In this document: positions 1 to 13,925 of the stretch, in pieces
How positions within the stretch are numbered: position 1 is the stretch's first letter
Layout of the letters: every line of letters starts with the position of its first letter
Assembly (NCBI GenBank): GCA_026770705.1
Contig: JANJGN010000011.1
Coordinates: 154,628,001 to 154,692,000, forward strand
DNA from: Isurus oxyrinchus
Taxonomy: Eukaryota
DNA: 64,000 bases
Direction: 5' to 3'
The notes under the pieces: model-generated
What the model was told of the DNA's origin: nothing
What the model saw: only the letters and a program-made list of their open reading frames with translations
Database searches by the model: none
Translations under genes and position numbers: made by a program

Positions 1-215
1 AAAACGTCCCAAGGTGCTTCACAGGAGCATTATCAAATAAAAATTGGCACTGAACCACATAAGGAGATGCTTGGCCAGGTGGCCAGTAACTTTGTTGGAG
101 AGGGAGGTTTAAGGGCTCATCTCAAAGGAGAAGAGAGAAGTAGAGATTTAGGGGGGTAATTCTGGAGCTTAGGGCCTATGAACTGAAGGAATACAGCCAC
201 CAATAGTGTATGAAA
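1..215 (-). mobile_element. L2/CR1-group LINE 3' fragment
   Basis: Reverse complement of the 3'-UTR-like sequence seen at 2690-3150 and 63370-63990 (cccaaggtgcttcacaggagcattatcaaa...). Confidence 0.6.
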
Positions 216-327
216 ATCAGGCGCAAAACATTGCGGATGCTGGAAATGTGAAAGATGAACAGAAAATGCTGCAAAGGCAGCATCTGTGGAGAGAGACAAA
301 AAAGAGTTAATAAACTCCCAAGGGCAA

Positions 328-1266
328 TGTCTACGAACAATAATCCACTGGGGCTAATTAACATAAACCCAATACCATATTTGGAAAAGGGGACTGTGAG
401 AAACCACATGGCAGGGCAGCAAGGCACACCACAACAGCAACAGCAGAAAGAGCAGCAATATCTACGTTTTAAGACCTCTGAGCCCATGAGGTAAAGGTTG
501 GGGGTGGGGTCAACTTCCTGCCTGCCCTGCAACAAGATTCATAGTGCTCCACACAGCTGCATAGGTAGTAAGCTGAACAGTGCAAGATTGCACATATTCA
601 GCTGTCCCACCCCTCCTAGCAGGAATCACACATACTTCCACGCCCACCACCAATCTTAGACTTGAGAACGTAAGATTCTACCTCTGGAGACTGCAACATC
701 ATAAGGTCTCCAAACCTGTTCCTTTTCAAGTCCACCAATAAAACAAACCGATCTCCTGGTTACAAGCTTACAAGTAGCTAACTTTGAGACCTGCAGAAGG
801 TCAACCTCTTCGAGGGAATCCTACAACAATTCTGATATATGACTTCAGCTATCAAATTCACCTAACTAGACTACAGGTTTGAAAAGCCTCTTCTTCAACA
901 GGCCCTGCACCATGTGTTTTCGAAGACAAGCCAAACACATGAATTATGAACTATTCTTTTGTTTATAACTTGTAAAAGTGCACTATTCTCTTTAATGGTA
1001 CTCTTCTTCGGGGTTTGTGTGCATGTGTGTGTGTGGATGTGTGTGTGTGTGAGTGAGTAACGTAGTGTTAGATTTTTGGGGTTAATGTGTGAATAAATAA
1101 TCCTCTTTATTTAAAATCCACAAAAAAAGTGTGCTTCTGGTTAGTTCAATTGTTTATGCACTCAGGGGTCAAGAACTACACAGCTCTTCCTTTTCAGAAA
1201 CACTGATTATGGACAATAAGGGAAGGGGTTAGGGATTTGAGTTCTTTCTCATCCTTGTCCGTAACA
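328..1266 (+). mobile_element. Probable solo LTR (ERV/Gypsy-like)
   Basis: Starts TGT(c)TACGAAC and ends GTCCGTAACA (imperfect TG...CA inverted termini). Internal AATAAA follows a TG-repeat near 1092. No clear TSD. Confidence 0.4.
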
Positions 1267-2689
1267 AAGATCATATCATGCAGCAAAAGCATTCAGACTG
1301 ACCAGCTGTGAGATTGAATGGCACCTACAATTCAACACTAGGTACCACGACTATAGACCCTTGAAAATCCTAAGTTGACCAGATCTTTGGGTGGTTCTTA
1401 ATGCCAGGCTGTGTTGAACTGGTAATCAACATTTTGACTGCTAGTGCTTGAAACAAAGCAGAGCTTTCTGTTTACTGCCAAATGTTTGGGATCCCTTCTG
1501 CCCCTCTTAGGAGCCTTATATGAACAAGTTAATAATGTTTGCGGTCCCTTCGTGGCTAATAAAGTTTATTAACACAACATGCAATATTCGCTTGGTTTTC
1601 AAAGAAGATCCTAATTATCGACTAACTTCACCCTAACAATTAAATTATGCTTGATGTAACGACCATTTAACAGCCTCGCCTGTCGACGAACAAACATTAA
1701 CTGATAACCTCTTATTCCCCTACCTGTCATTTATACTTATCCGACCAGTTTGTGTGCTGTTCAATTTCAGTATGTTAAACATATGTTTATTTTTTAATGT
1801 TTTAAATTGCTTCCCATGTTTGTGAAGGTCTGTTGGCTCCCTCCATCCCACAAACACCTCCCCCACCACCGCCCCCCCCCTCCCCCACCCCGACCACCAT
1901 CCCCTGCCCCAGGAAAAGTAGCACATGGATAGAGAAAGTGCAGCCTTATTGCTGCCTGTTTCTGCCATGAAGTTTTGAATTTTTGTTTTGTGGTACTGTT
2001 AAATTTACTCCAACAGCTCCATCTGCAGTCTAGGGAGAGGCTGTGTGGGTTTCAGAAGCCAGCACACATGGTTACACAGTTACACAGTATGTGTTACACA
2101 GTTGTCTTTCCAAATTAAATGTGAGCTCTGATGCTACATAAAATTGTTTTGCAATTAAGATTTTGGCGTTGTCAGATTTTATATGATCTGAATTTACTCA
2201 TCCGCAAGCTTTGGAGATGACAGCTCATTGAGAAAAGGTATTAAGTGTTGCTGAAGGGCAGCAATCAAGCATAATAAACACTTCAGTCAGCTGTTTCAAC
2301 AAGCACACAGCAAATTACATTTTCGGTTTGTTAGAATGTTTTTTTATCGCAGTGATTGATTTATCAAGGTTTTTTTTTTCAAAAATATGCAGCCTCAATC
2401 CAGTATTCCTCTACAGATATGGGACAAGGTTTTTCATTATGTGAAAGCCTGAGACTTCCATAGCCTATTCGGGAGCCTTCTACTGTTGCTGTTCTATTTC
2501 TACCACCTTCGTGCACTATATTTCTCTTGTTTGATAGCGTTAGTGTGAAGTGCCGGAGCTGTGAGCTGAGTCAAAAGATGATGTCTAGTGTTAGTGCCAG
2601 AACATCTTTGTGCCTGATGGGTTGTCATAAACAGACTAATTGCAAAATCCAGATGTATTTATTCAATTTATTAATTTAGCTGATCCAAA

Positions 2690-3150
2690 ACTCTGCTATC
2701 CGTACCCGACATGCATCAAGTCCCATTCACCCCTCACGACTGCGCTCGCTGACCGAGCGCTGTCCCCTCATCCAGCATCTCCGCAAATTTAAAGTTCTCA
2801 TCGCTGTGTTTTATGGCCTTGCCCCTCCCTATTTTTGTAATGTCCTCTAGCCCTACGAGCCTCTGCACTCCTCCGATTCTCACCTCTTGCGCATCACGAT
2901 TTTGCTTTGGGGCTACTATTGGTGCCTGTGCCTTCAGTGGCTTAAACCCTAAGTTCTGGAACTTCCTTCCTAAACTTGCGCTGTCTCCTCGTTTCTGACA
3001 CTCCTTAAAGCTACATTTTTGACAAAGCTTTTGATCATCGACTTGATATTTCCTAATGTGTTTCAATGCCAAACTTTGTTCAATAATGTTCTCCTGAAGT
3101 GCCTTGGGATATTTCCTAAAGGTGCTATATAAATCCAAATTGTTGTTGGT
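2690..3150 (+). mobile_element. L2/CR1-group LINE 3' fragment
   Basis: Contains the recurrent 'cccattcacccct...gctcgctgacc...aaatttaaagttctc...gtgctatataaat' tail shared with other copies in the window. Confidence 0.65.
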
Positions 3151-3516
3151 GTATTTATTATTTGAGTGTTAAGGTTTTACATAATACCTGGCTGAAAGGT
3201 TTATCGTGGAGGATTGAACGGCTTGGTGGTCCAGTGGACATCATTCACAAATAATGCTTTACTGTATTTGCCACTTAATAGGTTTTCCTGTCCAGAGTAC
3301 ATTAAAAAAACTAAATATTTCTGCTCTGCAGAATGACACCTCCAAGAGAATCAAATTACAGGAATGTCACTCTCCTATTTTTGGCCTGTAAGTAGTAAAG
3401 CAACAGAAAACATGACTATTGATTTCATATTCTTATGACAGCAGGGTGTGAAAATTCAAATTCTGCCCTCCCCTAGTGAGATAACGTTGCATGATTAACC
3501 CTCCCCTATAAATCAC

Positions 3517-3839
3517 CGGGGTTGCCAACTCCTCCAGGATTACCCAGGAGTCCCCTTGAATTAAAGGTTAATCTTCTGAGCACTGTTCTGAGCAGAGCCT
3601 GGAGGGAAAAAAAAATCACTGTGTTGTTAAGACAATGTGTCCTTTGAACACTTTCCTTCCCTAGTTGTAAAGTGATTAAAGATTTAGTGGGGGTGGGGTG
3701 GTGGGTGTGGGTGGAGCGGGTAGGAGGGTGCGGGTGGAGTGGGGAGGTGGGGGAGGCTGTTTGGCTCAGCAGGGCAGCTGGAGCTGCGAGATCTGAAGGA
3801 CACCTCCAGGAATATGTCCAACCAAAATTGGCAACCCTA
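3517..3839. mobile_element. MITE with TAGGGTTGCCAA-type TIRs (hAT/Blackjack-like)
   Basis: Termini GGGGTTGCCAAC ... TTGGCAACCCTA. A related copy lies at 28327-28563. Confidence 0.6.
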
Positions 3840-4418
3840 AGCATCAGAGGGAGACAGAGTAAGAAAGAAATGAGAAGTAATATCAAAACAGAACATAAGG
3901 GGATTGGAAAGGATTCAGAAAAAAGCACATAACAAAGATATTGAAAAAGGAAAAGGAAGTAAATGATGTCAACAAAAGAAGGGAAGAAGCTAGATAAGAT
4001 TTTTAAAAACACAAATAGGGATAGCCTGGCGATACGGTTCGAGGTACACAATGGAGTGGTGAACCCTGGCTTTAAATCACTATACTGCTGTTTTTTTTTT
4101 TACACACAATTCTTGGAAAGCATCAAGTTGACCCACGGGAGCAGGAGTAGGACATTCGGCTCCTCAAGGCTGTTCCATCATCCAATCAGCTCATGACTAA
4201 TCTGTACCCCAATTCCGTTCAGCCACCTTTTCTTCCCCTCCGCCAGGGCTAAGCGGTGTCTCCGGGAGGAGGGGACGTTTTTTGGGGGCGGGGGTGTAGG
4301 GAGAGGTGGGTGATTGCTCTTCCAGGCCACCCTTATACATCTTTGTGAGGCTGACCCACAATGTTTCTGGTGGGGGATTAAGGTGGAGGCCAAGCCTGCG
4401 CTCTACGTTTGATACGCG

Positions 4419-4602
4419 GGCCGGAATTTCCCAGTCCCTCAGGCTGGCGGGATCTTCCAGTCCCGCCGATGTGCAGAGGGATTTCAATAGCTTGCCACCC
4501 GTGTTGGTGGGGTGGTTGGGGCGGGGGGTGGGGGGGGGGGGGTTGGGGGTGGAGGGGGTGGGGGGGGGGGTGTTGGGGGTCGGGTACTGGAAGATTCCGG
4601 CT
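4419..4602. mobile_element. Short Harbinger-like MITE with internal poly-G
   Basis: TIRs GGCCGGAATTTCCCAGTCCC / GGGTACTGGAAGATTCCGGCT; 3-bp flanks gcg/gtg. Confidence 0.5.
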
Positions 4603-5195
4603 GTGGTGTGGGAAAGCACGGAGAAAACAAAAATAGTTTCAACCTCAAAAAAAGAGAGCAAGTAAAAGGAGTGATAAGGATAAGGAGAGAAAAGAAACAG
4701 ATGGAAAAACATTCTTTTCTTTCTATTTAGAAAAATGCAAATAAAGAGGAGCCACAAAGATTGACTTGCACAGTTTAGTTCAATTAGTTTACCTCATCCC
4801 TGATCACATATGCATTGGCACCCAGGTAATGTCAAAAAATCCTATCTTGCTGCTTGTCATCCTGTCTAATTTTGTTCAGGCTTTTAACAATTGAAGCACC
4901 TCAACATTCTACGAAATGCTGCTGTAAGCCTTAGGGCTGCTGGAGCAGCCGTGGCTCAGTTTGGGGAAAGGAAGAGTAAAGTTTGAGAGGGAGGCACGCC
5001 ATTACTCTCTTTAAATTGGGATGGTTGCCAAATCCTTGCAAACCTTTTTCTTTTCCCCTGATGTTGATAGTGGACGCTTTAAACATCATTAAGAACATGA
5101 CACGCAATGTTATAAGTGAACTGGGAAGCAATAGAGTGTTGCCAACCTAGGCACATTACTGGGAATAAGACGGATCGCTAGGAAAATTCAAGTGT

Positions 5196-5552
5196 AAGCA
5201 ATGTGCTTGGGAAAAATCTCACTTTCAGGGCCTGGGAAGCCTGATTTCAAAGCCTGAATCAATTCCTTGGTAATAAAACACTTGGGTGATAGAACAAATT
5301 TGGATTATGTGCTGCAGATGACACAGCAGAGCTGCCAAATGGTAACTGCGGGCAACAATGTAATTTTCCACTATATTAGCTCTCCGATGTCCTTGTGTCT
5401 CTGGGTTCTGGCAGCACTGAGCCACCACATGGTATCAGAGAAAGGAACAGGTTGGCTCTAAATTACATTGTTGTCCGCAGTTACCATTTGGCAGTTCCGC
5501 CGTGTCAGCTACGGCACACAATCCAAATGTGTTCTCTTGCTCAGTGATATTG
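5196..5552 (-). mobile_element. Eulor1-like ancient hairpin repeat
   Basis: Inverted arms of ~85 bp (about 5280-5366 and 5460-5546; core CTGCCAAATGGTAACTGCG) around a ~93-nt spacer, plus an unpaired tail ending ...AAGCACATTGCTT on the - strand. Matches my recollection of the Eulor1 consensus. Confidence 0.7.
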
Positions 5553-7289
5553 TGACCAAAGAAATTCATTTAGGCTTCAAAAGATCAGTTTCCCTCGTTC
5601 TGAAGTGAGATTGTTCTATTGGTGGAAACGTAAACAATGGCATTTGAATTTCCTTGCACTCTGTCTCACGCTGTGTTTGGACTTCTGGCTATCATTTCAG
5701 TTAACTGTTGGTTTTGGGCTGTCACCAAGTCTGAAGTCAGTTGGCCTGTTCTGCACGGCCTAGGACTTTGATTATTATTACTAAGGCTCTTGCGAGTGTC
5801 CTGATGAGTGCAGGACAAAAAGCTTAGACATGTCTCTTCTTCAGCAATATGTATATTCATATCTGAAGCCTTTTGAGGTGTTGCAACGTTACGCTGTTAG
5901 AAAATGGTTGAAAGCTGTGATTGAACTCGAGGAATTTCACAGAAATGCAAGGCATTAGTTATTAAGATCTCCCAGCACAATTTCAACCCATTAAGAAGTA
6001 AGTGCTTTAGGGCTCCTTTCATGCCTCAGTGGTTAAATGTGTTTGCCTGGTGTGGCACTTAGCCACTCAGGAAGATCTCAGGTTCAATCACTGCTGCTGA
6101 TCCCTATTGTAGTAGCAGTGGGACAGAGCTGCCAATGTGAGATTTAATGTTAACAGTGAGCTTTACGATGCAGAGGAATGAAATGGATGGCAAGCCTATT
6201 GAAAATATATGAGTAAGGCTTTATTTTTTAGGAGGGATTTGTCAGCTGAGATGACTGACATTTAATACCTCTTTGCTGTGTTTTCAGTTTGTAAACACGG
6301 ATTCCCCAGTTGAAACTGGGAAAGCATGGGATCGGGTTAGGCTCGTATGATCCTTCAGTTGCTTTGGGGCGTCCTATGATTGTGCAAGTTGCTATATCTC
6401 TCTTTAACCAACTCGCAGGCAGTACTGCAGGAGGAGAGAAACTAAAGAGGAGGAAAAACGTCTTCCTTGCCAGTGATTGAGCCTAAAATGATGCACAGAA
6501 ACTAGGATACTTTTACCTAGTCTGTGAAGCAACACAGTTGCAGCCAGAGACTTCAAATTTCTCACATTCCAGGGTGCCCTCTGGAATGCAAAACATTGCA
6601 TTCCTCCGGTTCCCAATTTTCATCCCTCCATGAATGATATGCGTGCCTTCGGCTGCCTTTGTCCTAGGATCTGGAATTCCCTCCCTACACCTTTCTGCAT
6701 CTCCACCTCTCTCTCCTCCTTTAAGATGCTCCATAAAGCCTAGCTCTTTGTGAAGCTTTGAGCTGCATGTCCTAGTTGTATGTGCACCTTCTCAGGGGTA
6801 ACTAGGGATGGGCAATAAATGCTGGCCTAGCCAGCAACTCCCACATCCTGTGAAAGAGCTTTAAAGATGTCTCCTTTATGTGGCTCTATGACAATTTTTG
6901 GTTGGCCTCTGGGATGTTTTACCATTAACGTTTAAGCTACTGTATAATTGCAAGTTGTTGTTTGAATACCCCTGCTTACAATATTGATAAGTGCCAGCAA
7001 CGATTCATCTCTTAGTGAAGGATTACTGTAACAATATTAACATTGGAGGAGCATTAACAACAAGCATCTTGCATTTATGTAGCGCCTTTAATGTAAAAAA
7101 AATGCCCCCACAGCTGAGTACCAATGAGATACATGTACTGTCCAGTTTGTGATGCCAAAGCTACTGGTATCCACAGAACTCCACAAAAAAAAAGCCATTC
7201 CCTTTAGGAGATGGAAGGGGGAAAAACAGGCATGAAAACAAAGCGGCAAACTTCACCACAGGGAGGATTACTGTAAACAGCAACACCAT

Positions 7290-8031
7290 GGGAAATATTG
7301 TCCCCCCGTTTGGGGGGGGGGGGGGGGGGGGGGGGGGTGGAGAATACAGGAGTGGGAGCGGGTGGGCATGCCTCTGATCAGCGCCCCCAATTGGGGGCAT
7401 GCTGCCATTTTATGTGGGTGGGCCAATGAAGGCCCACCCAGTGTAATGTCTGTTCGGAAATGCTGAGCGCTCCCTGTGAAGGTTGGGGGCAGGGGGGGTG
7501 GGGGGGGTGGGGGGTAGGGGTGGGGATTCCCTCAGCTGGGAGTGTCCTCATTTGCGCATGCGCACAACAGGGCACACTCATCTCCCTGAGGCTAAGTGCC
7601 GCCTCAGGGAGATCAGCTCAGAATTAAAATTTGTAATACGAATGATAAAAAAATTTCCCGGACATGTCCCCTCAAGTGACGCTGTCGCATGAGTTGGGAC
7701 ATGTCCATAACCTTTTTTGAAACCTTTGATAAAAATGTAAATACCCTCATGAAACCTCGTCCTGCCCGTGGATGAGGTTTCGGGCTTTTTCCGAAGCCCG
7801 CCAGGGCTCCCAGCCTACTCGCCAACCCTAAGGTTGGACGGGCAGGCCCATTAATGACTTTAATTAGTTTTTCAATGGCCTCAATAGGCTGTTGACAGCT
7901 CAGCGGACGGGCAGCCTGAAAATGGAAATGACGCGGGGTGACGTCAGGAGTTCCACCTGACTTCATCCCGCCTCATTTTACGTGTCGGCGAGTGGGCCCC
8001 GCCCCCGCTCGCCGACCGGAAGATCCCGCCC
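7290..8031 (+). mobile_element. Non-autonomous Harbinger/PIF-like element (~740 bp)
   Basis: GGG...CCC termini and a 3-bp TSD CAT/CAT. Internal sequence is homologous to 49170-49859 and 61883-62446 (ctccctgagg, acatgtcccctca, ccaaccttaaggttgga). Confidence 0.7.
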
Positions 8032-9254
8032 CATGAATCCAGACCACAATAGAGATGATTGGGTGATTGAGTGATTTGAACCCCCAGCCCCCCTGCCCCA
8101 TCCAGTTGCTCCTGGAGACTATGCTGCTGTGGGTCACTGGGATTGATTTTACACACATCAGGCAGAATTTTCGGGTTGACAGGCGGCCACGATTGATGGG
8201 CCCGGGGGGTGGGGGGGGGGTGGTGGTGGCTGGGAGCTGCTGACCACAATCGGCCTCCGACTGTGTCTTCACGCTGGCTGGCGAATCAACATCACAAATA
8301 CTGGACTGGAAATGTTAACTCTATTTCTTGCTCCAAAGATGCTGCCAGACCTTCTGAGCTTTTCCAGCATTTTCTGTTTTTATTTCAGGTTTCCAGCATC
8401 CGCAGTATTTTGCTTTTATTTACTACATTTTACTGGATGAAATCAGCATGCTTTTCAAAACTGAGAACTGGTTATAGCAGGGCAAGGGTTTTAAAGGCCA
8501 CAAGGACAAAAGATAGATGGAGTTAAGATTCAGATCATTCCTGATCTAAATGAACGGTGGAGCAGGCTCGAGGGGTTTGAATGACCTACTCCCATTCTTA
8601 TGTCAAAATTATACCAAATATTTCCAATAGTCTTCATTTTCTATGCTATGTAACTCGTTAAACTGAAAAACCTTTCATTCGCTCTGGATTCACGTACCCA
8701 GTGGGATTGTAGAGAGCCATCATTACATTGTATAGCCAATGGGCTTCAGGGCTTGATATATTACTGCTGCTTAGAAATGGTGAATTGAGAAAGCATTTTG
8801 AGTGCAATGTTTTTTTATGGCTTGCAAATGTTCAGAATTATACTCACAACTATCAGAAGAAATGATTACTGTGTAAAAAATAAATCTTCCAAAATGTCAC
8901 CCAAATCGAATGAAAATGTACTTACTATAATAAGTATTTTTCTTATTTTGAAAAAAAAACCCTTCATATTAGAAAGATAATTATTAAGTGGCAGTGAGTG
9001 GATTGTGTGGTGTAGGCAGAATGTTTGCAACAAACGCCTCGGGGAACGCAATCTGAAGCTGGAGTTCTTTAATACATTGACTGATTTTCAAATATAATTC
9101 TGAGGAATATACATGATCCTTCTCAAGAATTGTGGTACAAATGGCTCCAATGATGTGGCCAGTGGCAGGACAATTATCATGTCGCTCTGTCGCCTTATGT
9201 AATTGGGAAGCTCTCAAGCATGGTTTGCACTGAATAACTGGGTTCACTTTTGTT

Positions 9255-9460
9255 TTAAATTCTTTCATGGGATGTGGGCATCGCAGGCAAGGCCAGCATT
9301 TGTTGCTTATCCCTAATTTCCCTTGAATTGAGTGGCTCGCTAGGCTGTTGCAGGGGGCAGTTAAAAGTCAACCACCTTGCTGTGAATCTGGAGTCACATG
9401 TAGGCCCAGCCAGGGAAGGACAGCAGGTTTGCTTCCCTAAAGAAGATTGGTGAACTAGAT
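9255..9460 (-). mobile_element. HE1-type shark SINE, 3' part
   Basis: Reverse complement of the 3' half of the copies at 28885-29258 and 62594-62958. Confidence 0.7.
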
Positions 9461-10119
9461 GGGCTTTGAACAAACTGAATATAATAAAATGTTATGCATG
9501 TTGTGCATACACAGTGCATTTTGGCTTGTGGCCATATTTTCTTTTTATCCTTCCTCCACTTATTTTAAAGCCATTTTTAAAGTGCATAAAGAGATGCCAG
9601 GCAGTGGGAGGAAGGCATCAGCCATGTCACTTGGCAGCTGTGAATTCAGCTGTGGCGCCCGCCAGCATCTACACTAGCAGGAGCTAAATCATCACAAAAT
9701 AAAACTCAGCGAGCAATGTGAGGTTTATTTAATCTGTTCTTAATGTGCTGTGTTTATAGTAGCTAACAGGAGCTGAATTACTGTGTTTTCCTTTCTAGTG
9801 ATTTAGATTGTTTGCCACAATAAACATTGTTTTAGCAATGAAATAGATGCCCGCCAACATGAATGTAGGATTTGGCAATGCAAGCTTGCAATAAAGTGAC
9901 TATTGATGCCGTGCCCTCAGCAGGTGTGGCCATTCCAATCGACAAAACCTAGCATCACAGAGAAGATGAGTTCTTAAATTAATTCCTCCAGCTTAAGGGT
10001 TCACTGACTCACAGCAATAAGAAAGCAATGTTTATATTTAGCTCAATACCTACAACAGAAAATAAAAATTTTTTGAAACTGAATGCTCTTTCAGCACATT
10101 TGGTAAACAGGGTATCAGT

Positions 10120-10560
10120 GAAGCTCCCTTGATGGTTTAGCAGATGAATGCACACGATGGTCTGGTGCTAAAGCATTGAGGTGGCTAGTTTTAAGCACAA
10201 TTCCTGTTGAGTCCTCGGTTAGCTGATCTCACCTGGGGCAGGGAGGGGGGGGGGGGGGGTGGGGGGGGGGTGCTTGGGGATGGGGGGTGGGGGTAACTAC
10301 TAGCATTCTTAATTGGCCCCAGGCTGGTGAGGATGTGGAAAAGATAATTCCATGTTCTTGCTTCTGATCCCTATTCAGTAGCCCTTGCTAAGAAGCACAT
10401 GTCTATGGATTTTGAGTGAGAAGAGGATCATCCTTCGATTTGAATTCTTCCACAGCCAATGGCCTGCTGACACCGTTATGGCTCACGTGTGAAGAATAGC
10501 CATTTAGGTTAAACACCAGAGACCTACCAGATCCCACAGAACACAGCATATCAAGAGTAT
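10120..10560 (+). mobile_element. Old tRNA-related SINE (unnamed)
   Basis: The 'gttagctgatctca...aattggcc...ggatc...acagccaat' motifs recur degenerately near 6005-6360, 21490-21540 and (-) 58260-58500. Confidence 0.4.
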
Positions 10561-13169
10561 CATCAAGAGAAATAGCAACACAGTGGGAATAGAGACTGGA
10601 TTTGTTGTGGTATCAGCTATTAGATAAACTTGCCTTTACATGATAAGGTTTTTAAAATTGTTGCTAAAAGATTGAGCCGATATTGTTGCAGCGAGGGGCA
10701 ACGAGGTGGTTGGGATCTGAGTGAACAGGGCAAAGATTTATGTGTCTCCTTAACCAATCAGATTGAAGGATTTTGCAACTAACAGTGCCAGGACTGAGAA
10801 GGAGGAAACGTCAATCCAAGTGGATAAGTTCAATGTCAAATCAAGTACAGAAAGAGAAATAAAGAGATAGAAGAATTGCATTGTGAGAGAGAGGCAGAAA
10901 GGAGTGATATATACTGGATAGTTAGTTGGTGAAGGTAATAACTAGAGCCAGTCTTTACTGGAATAGATTTATTCACAGAGAAAAACATTACCGGTGAAAG
11001 TCACCGTAGTCCCAGAGAACCATGGGCTGCTATCTCATTGGAGGGAGACGACTGGTGGCAAGTTTAACCTGAGGTCACCACACCTCAGGCAAAGCCTCCA
11101 TGATTAGCTGGTAATGGAATTGAACCTATACTGTTGGCATTATGTTGCATCCCAAACCAGCTAACTGACTGCCACATTTGAGGTATATATTGTCCAACTG
11201 CACTCTCTTCCTGGGTCAGTAAGGGTCTATTTATATGTGTTCACGTAATCATCCAATCAATGCCCTCCACCTGTATGTACTTAACCTCAATTGATACAAC
11301 TTAAAAGATGTAAAAATAAATGTAGCATTTTAGCATTTTACACTTATAAAATCTCCAACAATTAAAACCCAAAGAAATAAGACTTTGAACTGGTAATAGT
11401 TAATTTTCAATGCTGGAGTGGTTATCTGGCAGTGATTAACAATTATCACATTGCCAGGGTACTTAGATTGAAATTGGTAACACTACTCTGTGGTGAATTT
11501 AATTTGTAACTGTTGCATAAACACAGGAATTTCATGCCTTTCAATGAGTTTCCATAATGAAGTAGATCTTTCATTGGTTAAATGTATGGTCTGTTGGCCC
11601 CATTGTTCAAAGAGATCCCAGATGTCTGATTGCCCTCTCCATTTCCAGTAACTTGCAGTTGGAAAAGGCACTTTGAGCTGAGGGGTGCAGTGAAAAAAAA
11701 GTCATTGCAAAATACCTCACTCCAACAAACTCAGGATTATAGATTGTTAACCCCTTCCTCTCTCCCTAACATTGTCATTTTAAATTCAAAGCAATAATTT
11801 TATGGGTTTCCTTGTCTCTGAATTTGCGATCGCACTGAAGTGACTTTTTTGATTGAGCATTTTATTGCTCATGTAGCTGCAGAAGAAAAAGTCTGATATA
11901 ATCATGGAAATATAGCCCTGAAGCTGGAGATATGGGTCCGTGTTGTGGAAAAATGAATAGTCAAAAGGCCTTCTTCATCCAAACCTATCTTGTGATTGTT
12001 TGCCTTAGATTCCTGACTAACCATGTGAGATTAAAATAGTGAAACAGTCTATTAATGCTTCGTAGAAATGAGGTCTTCTGCAATCAAGAGTCCAGTAAAA
12101 GAATGCACTCAAGGCTAATGCGAATGTGGAAAAATTGATTTTACAAAGAACTATCAGATGTTCAGGGCAATCTTGAAGGAGTGTGGAAGATTATCTCATT
12201 AGGGATGGTGGAACATTAGATGATATACCGTAACATTTCGAATAAGAATATGGAGAGGTTAATGCTTTTGTGAAAAAGGAGGTCTGTTGTTGGGGGGATT
12301 TTGTTTGTGGGAGAGAGTTGTAAGTTAACTTATTAATGAAGTGATTTATTGCTGTTTTCAGGGAGGATTTTCTCTGCCATGTATGTATTATTGAGGCCAA
12401 TCAATAGCATATTACTCACAGAAGGAGTTGTGGAAAGAAAATAGGTCCCTCTGCTTCACAATGTTGGCTGGATGTAGATGAAGTAAAAGCCTATATTCCT
12501 GGGCTTACTAATGGGAAAGACTGAGCAGGGGAATAAGGTGGGCCATGTGCTATAGTCATGCTGTCTTTTGCTGTCATTAGGGAGCAGAGGAAAAGAGAAC
12601 TATTCGATCTGCTAATCAGGTTGAAGCTACTTGGCATGTTTTACAAGTTGCTGTGTTGAGGGTGATGCTGATTTTGCAGTTACTGTACAGAGCAGTAGGC
12701 TAGATTCCTGGGATCTGACAGCCTGGATGTTCAATGACAATGCTGATTACAAGGTTTCACCACCATCAATGGATGTGACCTGAATGTGAATAGCTACCAG
12801 TTAGCACTTAGTATCTGTGGATTGGAGGCAGGGGCTTTATCAAGCAAATGTTTGGCTTGTATAAAAAATATTGATTGGGTTGAGGTCTGTCAGTGCCTGA
12901 GAACTGAATAGGGCTGTCACCACGACAAGTGTGATATAATGTTAGCTGGTCATTTCCATCACGGATTTTCCATGCTATTGCCTGGTTGCAGATAAATCAA
13001 ACATCTTCAGGAACCACGCCATATTAAAATGTGATTGATGGTCACATACAAGATAAGGATAGTGGGTTTACACTATACATACATTCCATAATGCACAAGC
13101 AGTAATGTTTCAAGCTCTTTCCAAATGATATATACTATCAAATTACCCCAAAATGGGGGTGGCAGTAAA

Positions 13170-13925
13170 TACTGAAAAGGGCTACAACAAATTATAGCAG
13201 AACTTCAATAAACTTGCAAAATGGGCAAATAATCAGCGATTTAAGTTCAACAGAGATGAGGGGTATTACATTTTGGAAGCTGCAAGTCTGAGTGGGGTAG
13301 TGAAAGGCAGAGATCTCGGAGGGATTTATTTCTGGAGGGATCGAATTGAAAAGTAGGAAAGTTATGTTAAACCAGTGTCGAACCTTGGTTAGGCCATGCT
13401 TAAGGGTATTGTGTGCAGTTCTGGTCACTACATTATAAAAAAAGATTTTGAGGCAGTTGAGGGTGCAGGGAAGATTCACAGGGTGGTACCAGAAATGTGT
13501 GGGTATCAGGAAGGGATTGACATGAAGGGATTGACTCATGAAGAAAAGCCTGAAGGGTGACCTTATAGAAGTCTTTTAAATTATGAAAGGTTTTGACAGA
13601 GTGGATACGGAGAGAATGTTTCCTCTTGTGGGGAAGGGCGTAACTAGAAGTTGTCAATATAAGATAGTCACCAAGAAACCCAATAGGGAATTCAGAAGAA
13701 ATTTCTTTACCCAAAGAGTGGTGAGAATGTGGAACTTGTTACCACAGGGAGCATTTGAAATTAAGAGTATTGATGCATTTAAGGGGAAGCATTTGAGGTA
13801 GAAAGGAATGGAGGGTTACGATGGTAAATTTACATGAGGAAAGATAGGAGGAGCCTTGAGTAGAGAATTAATACTGGCATGGGCTGGTTGGTCTAAATAC
13901 CCTTTTCCTTTGCTGTATATCCTAT
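13170..13925 (+). mobile_element. CR1 LINE 3' fragment (decayed)
   Basis: Translates to the CR1 ORF2 C-terminus: MKGFDRVDTERMFP...RRNFFTQRVVRMWNLLP. Confidence 0.85.

Noticed and set aside
3506-4757. Several 120-190-aa Pro/Gly-rich ORFs
   Set aside because: Artefacts of poly-G tracts within MITEs and purine-rich low-complexity DNA.
6288-6335. 48-nt in-frame exon-like segment (FVNTDSPVETGKAWDR) with a good acceptor and branch point
   Set aside because: The donor GTTAGG is weak and appears to lie in SINE-derived sequence; likely chance.
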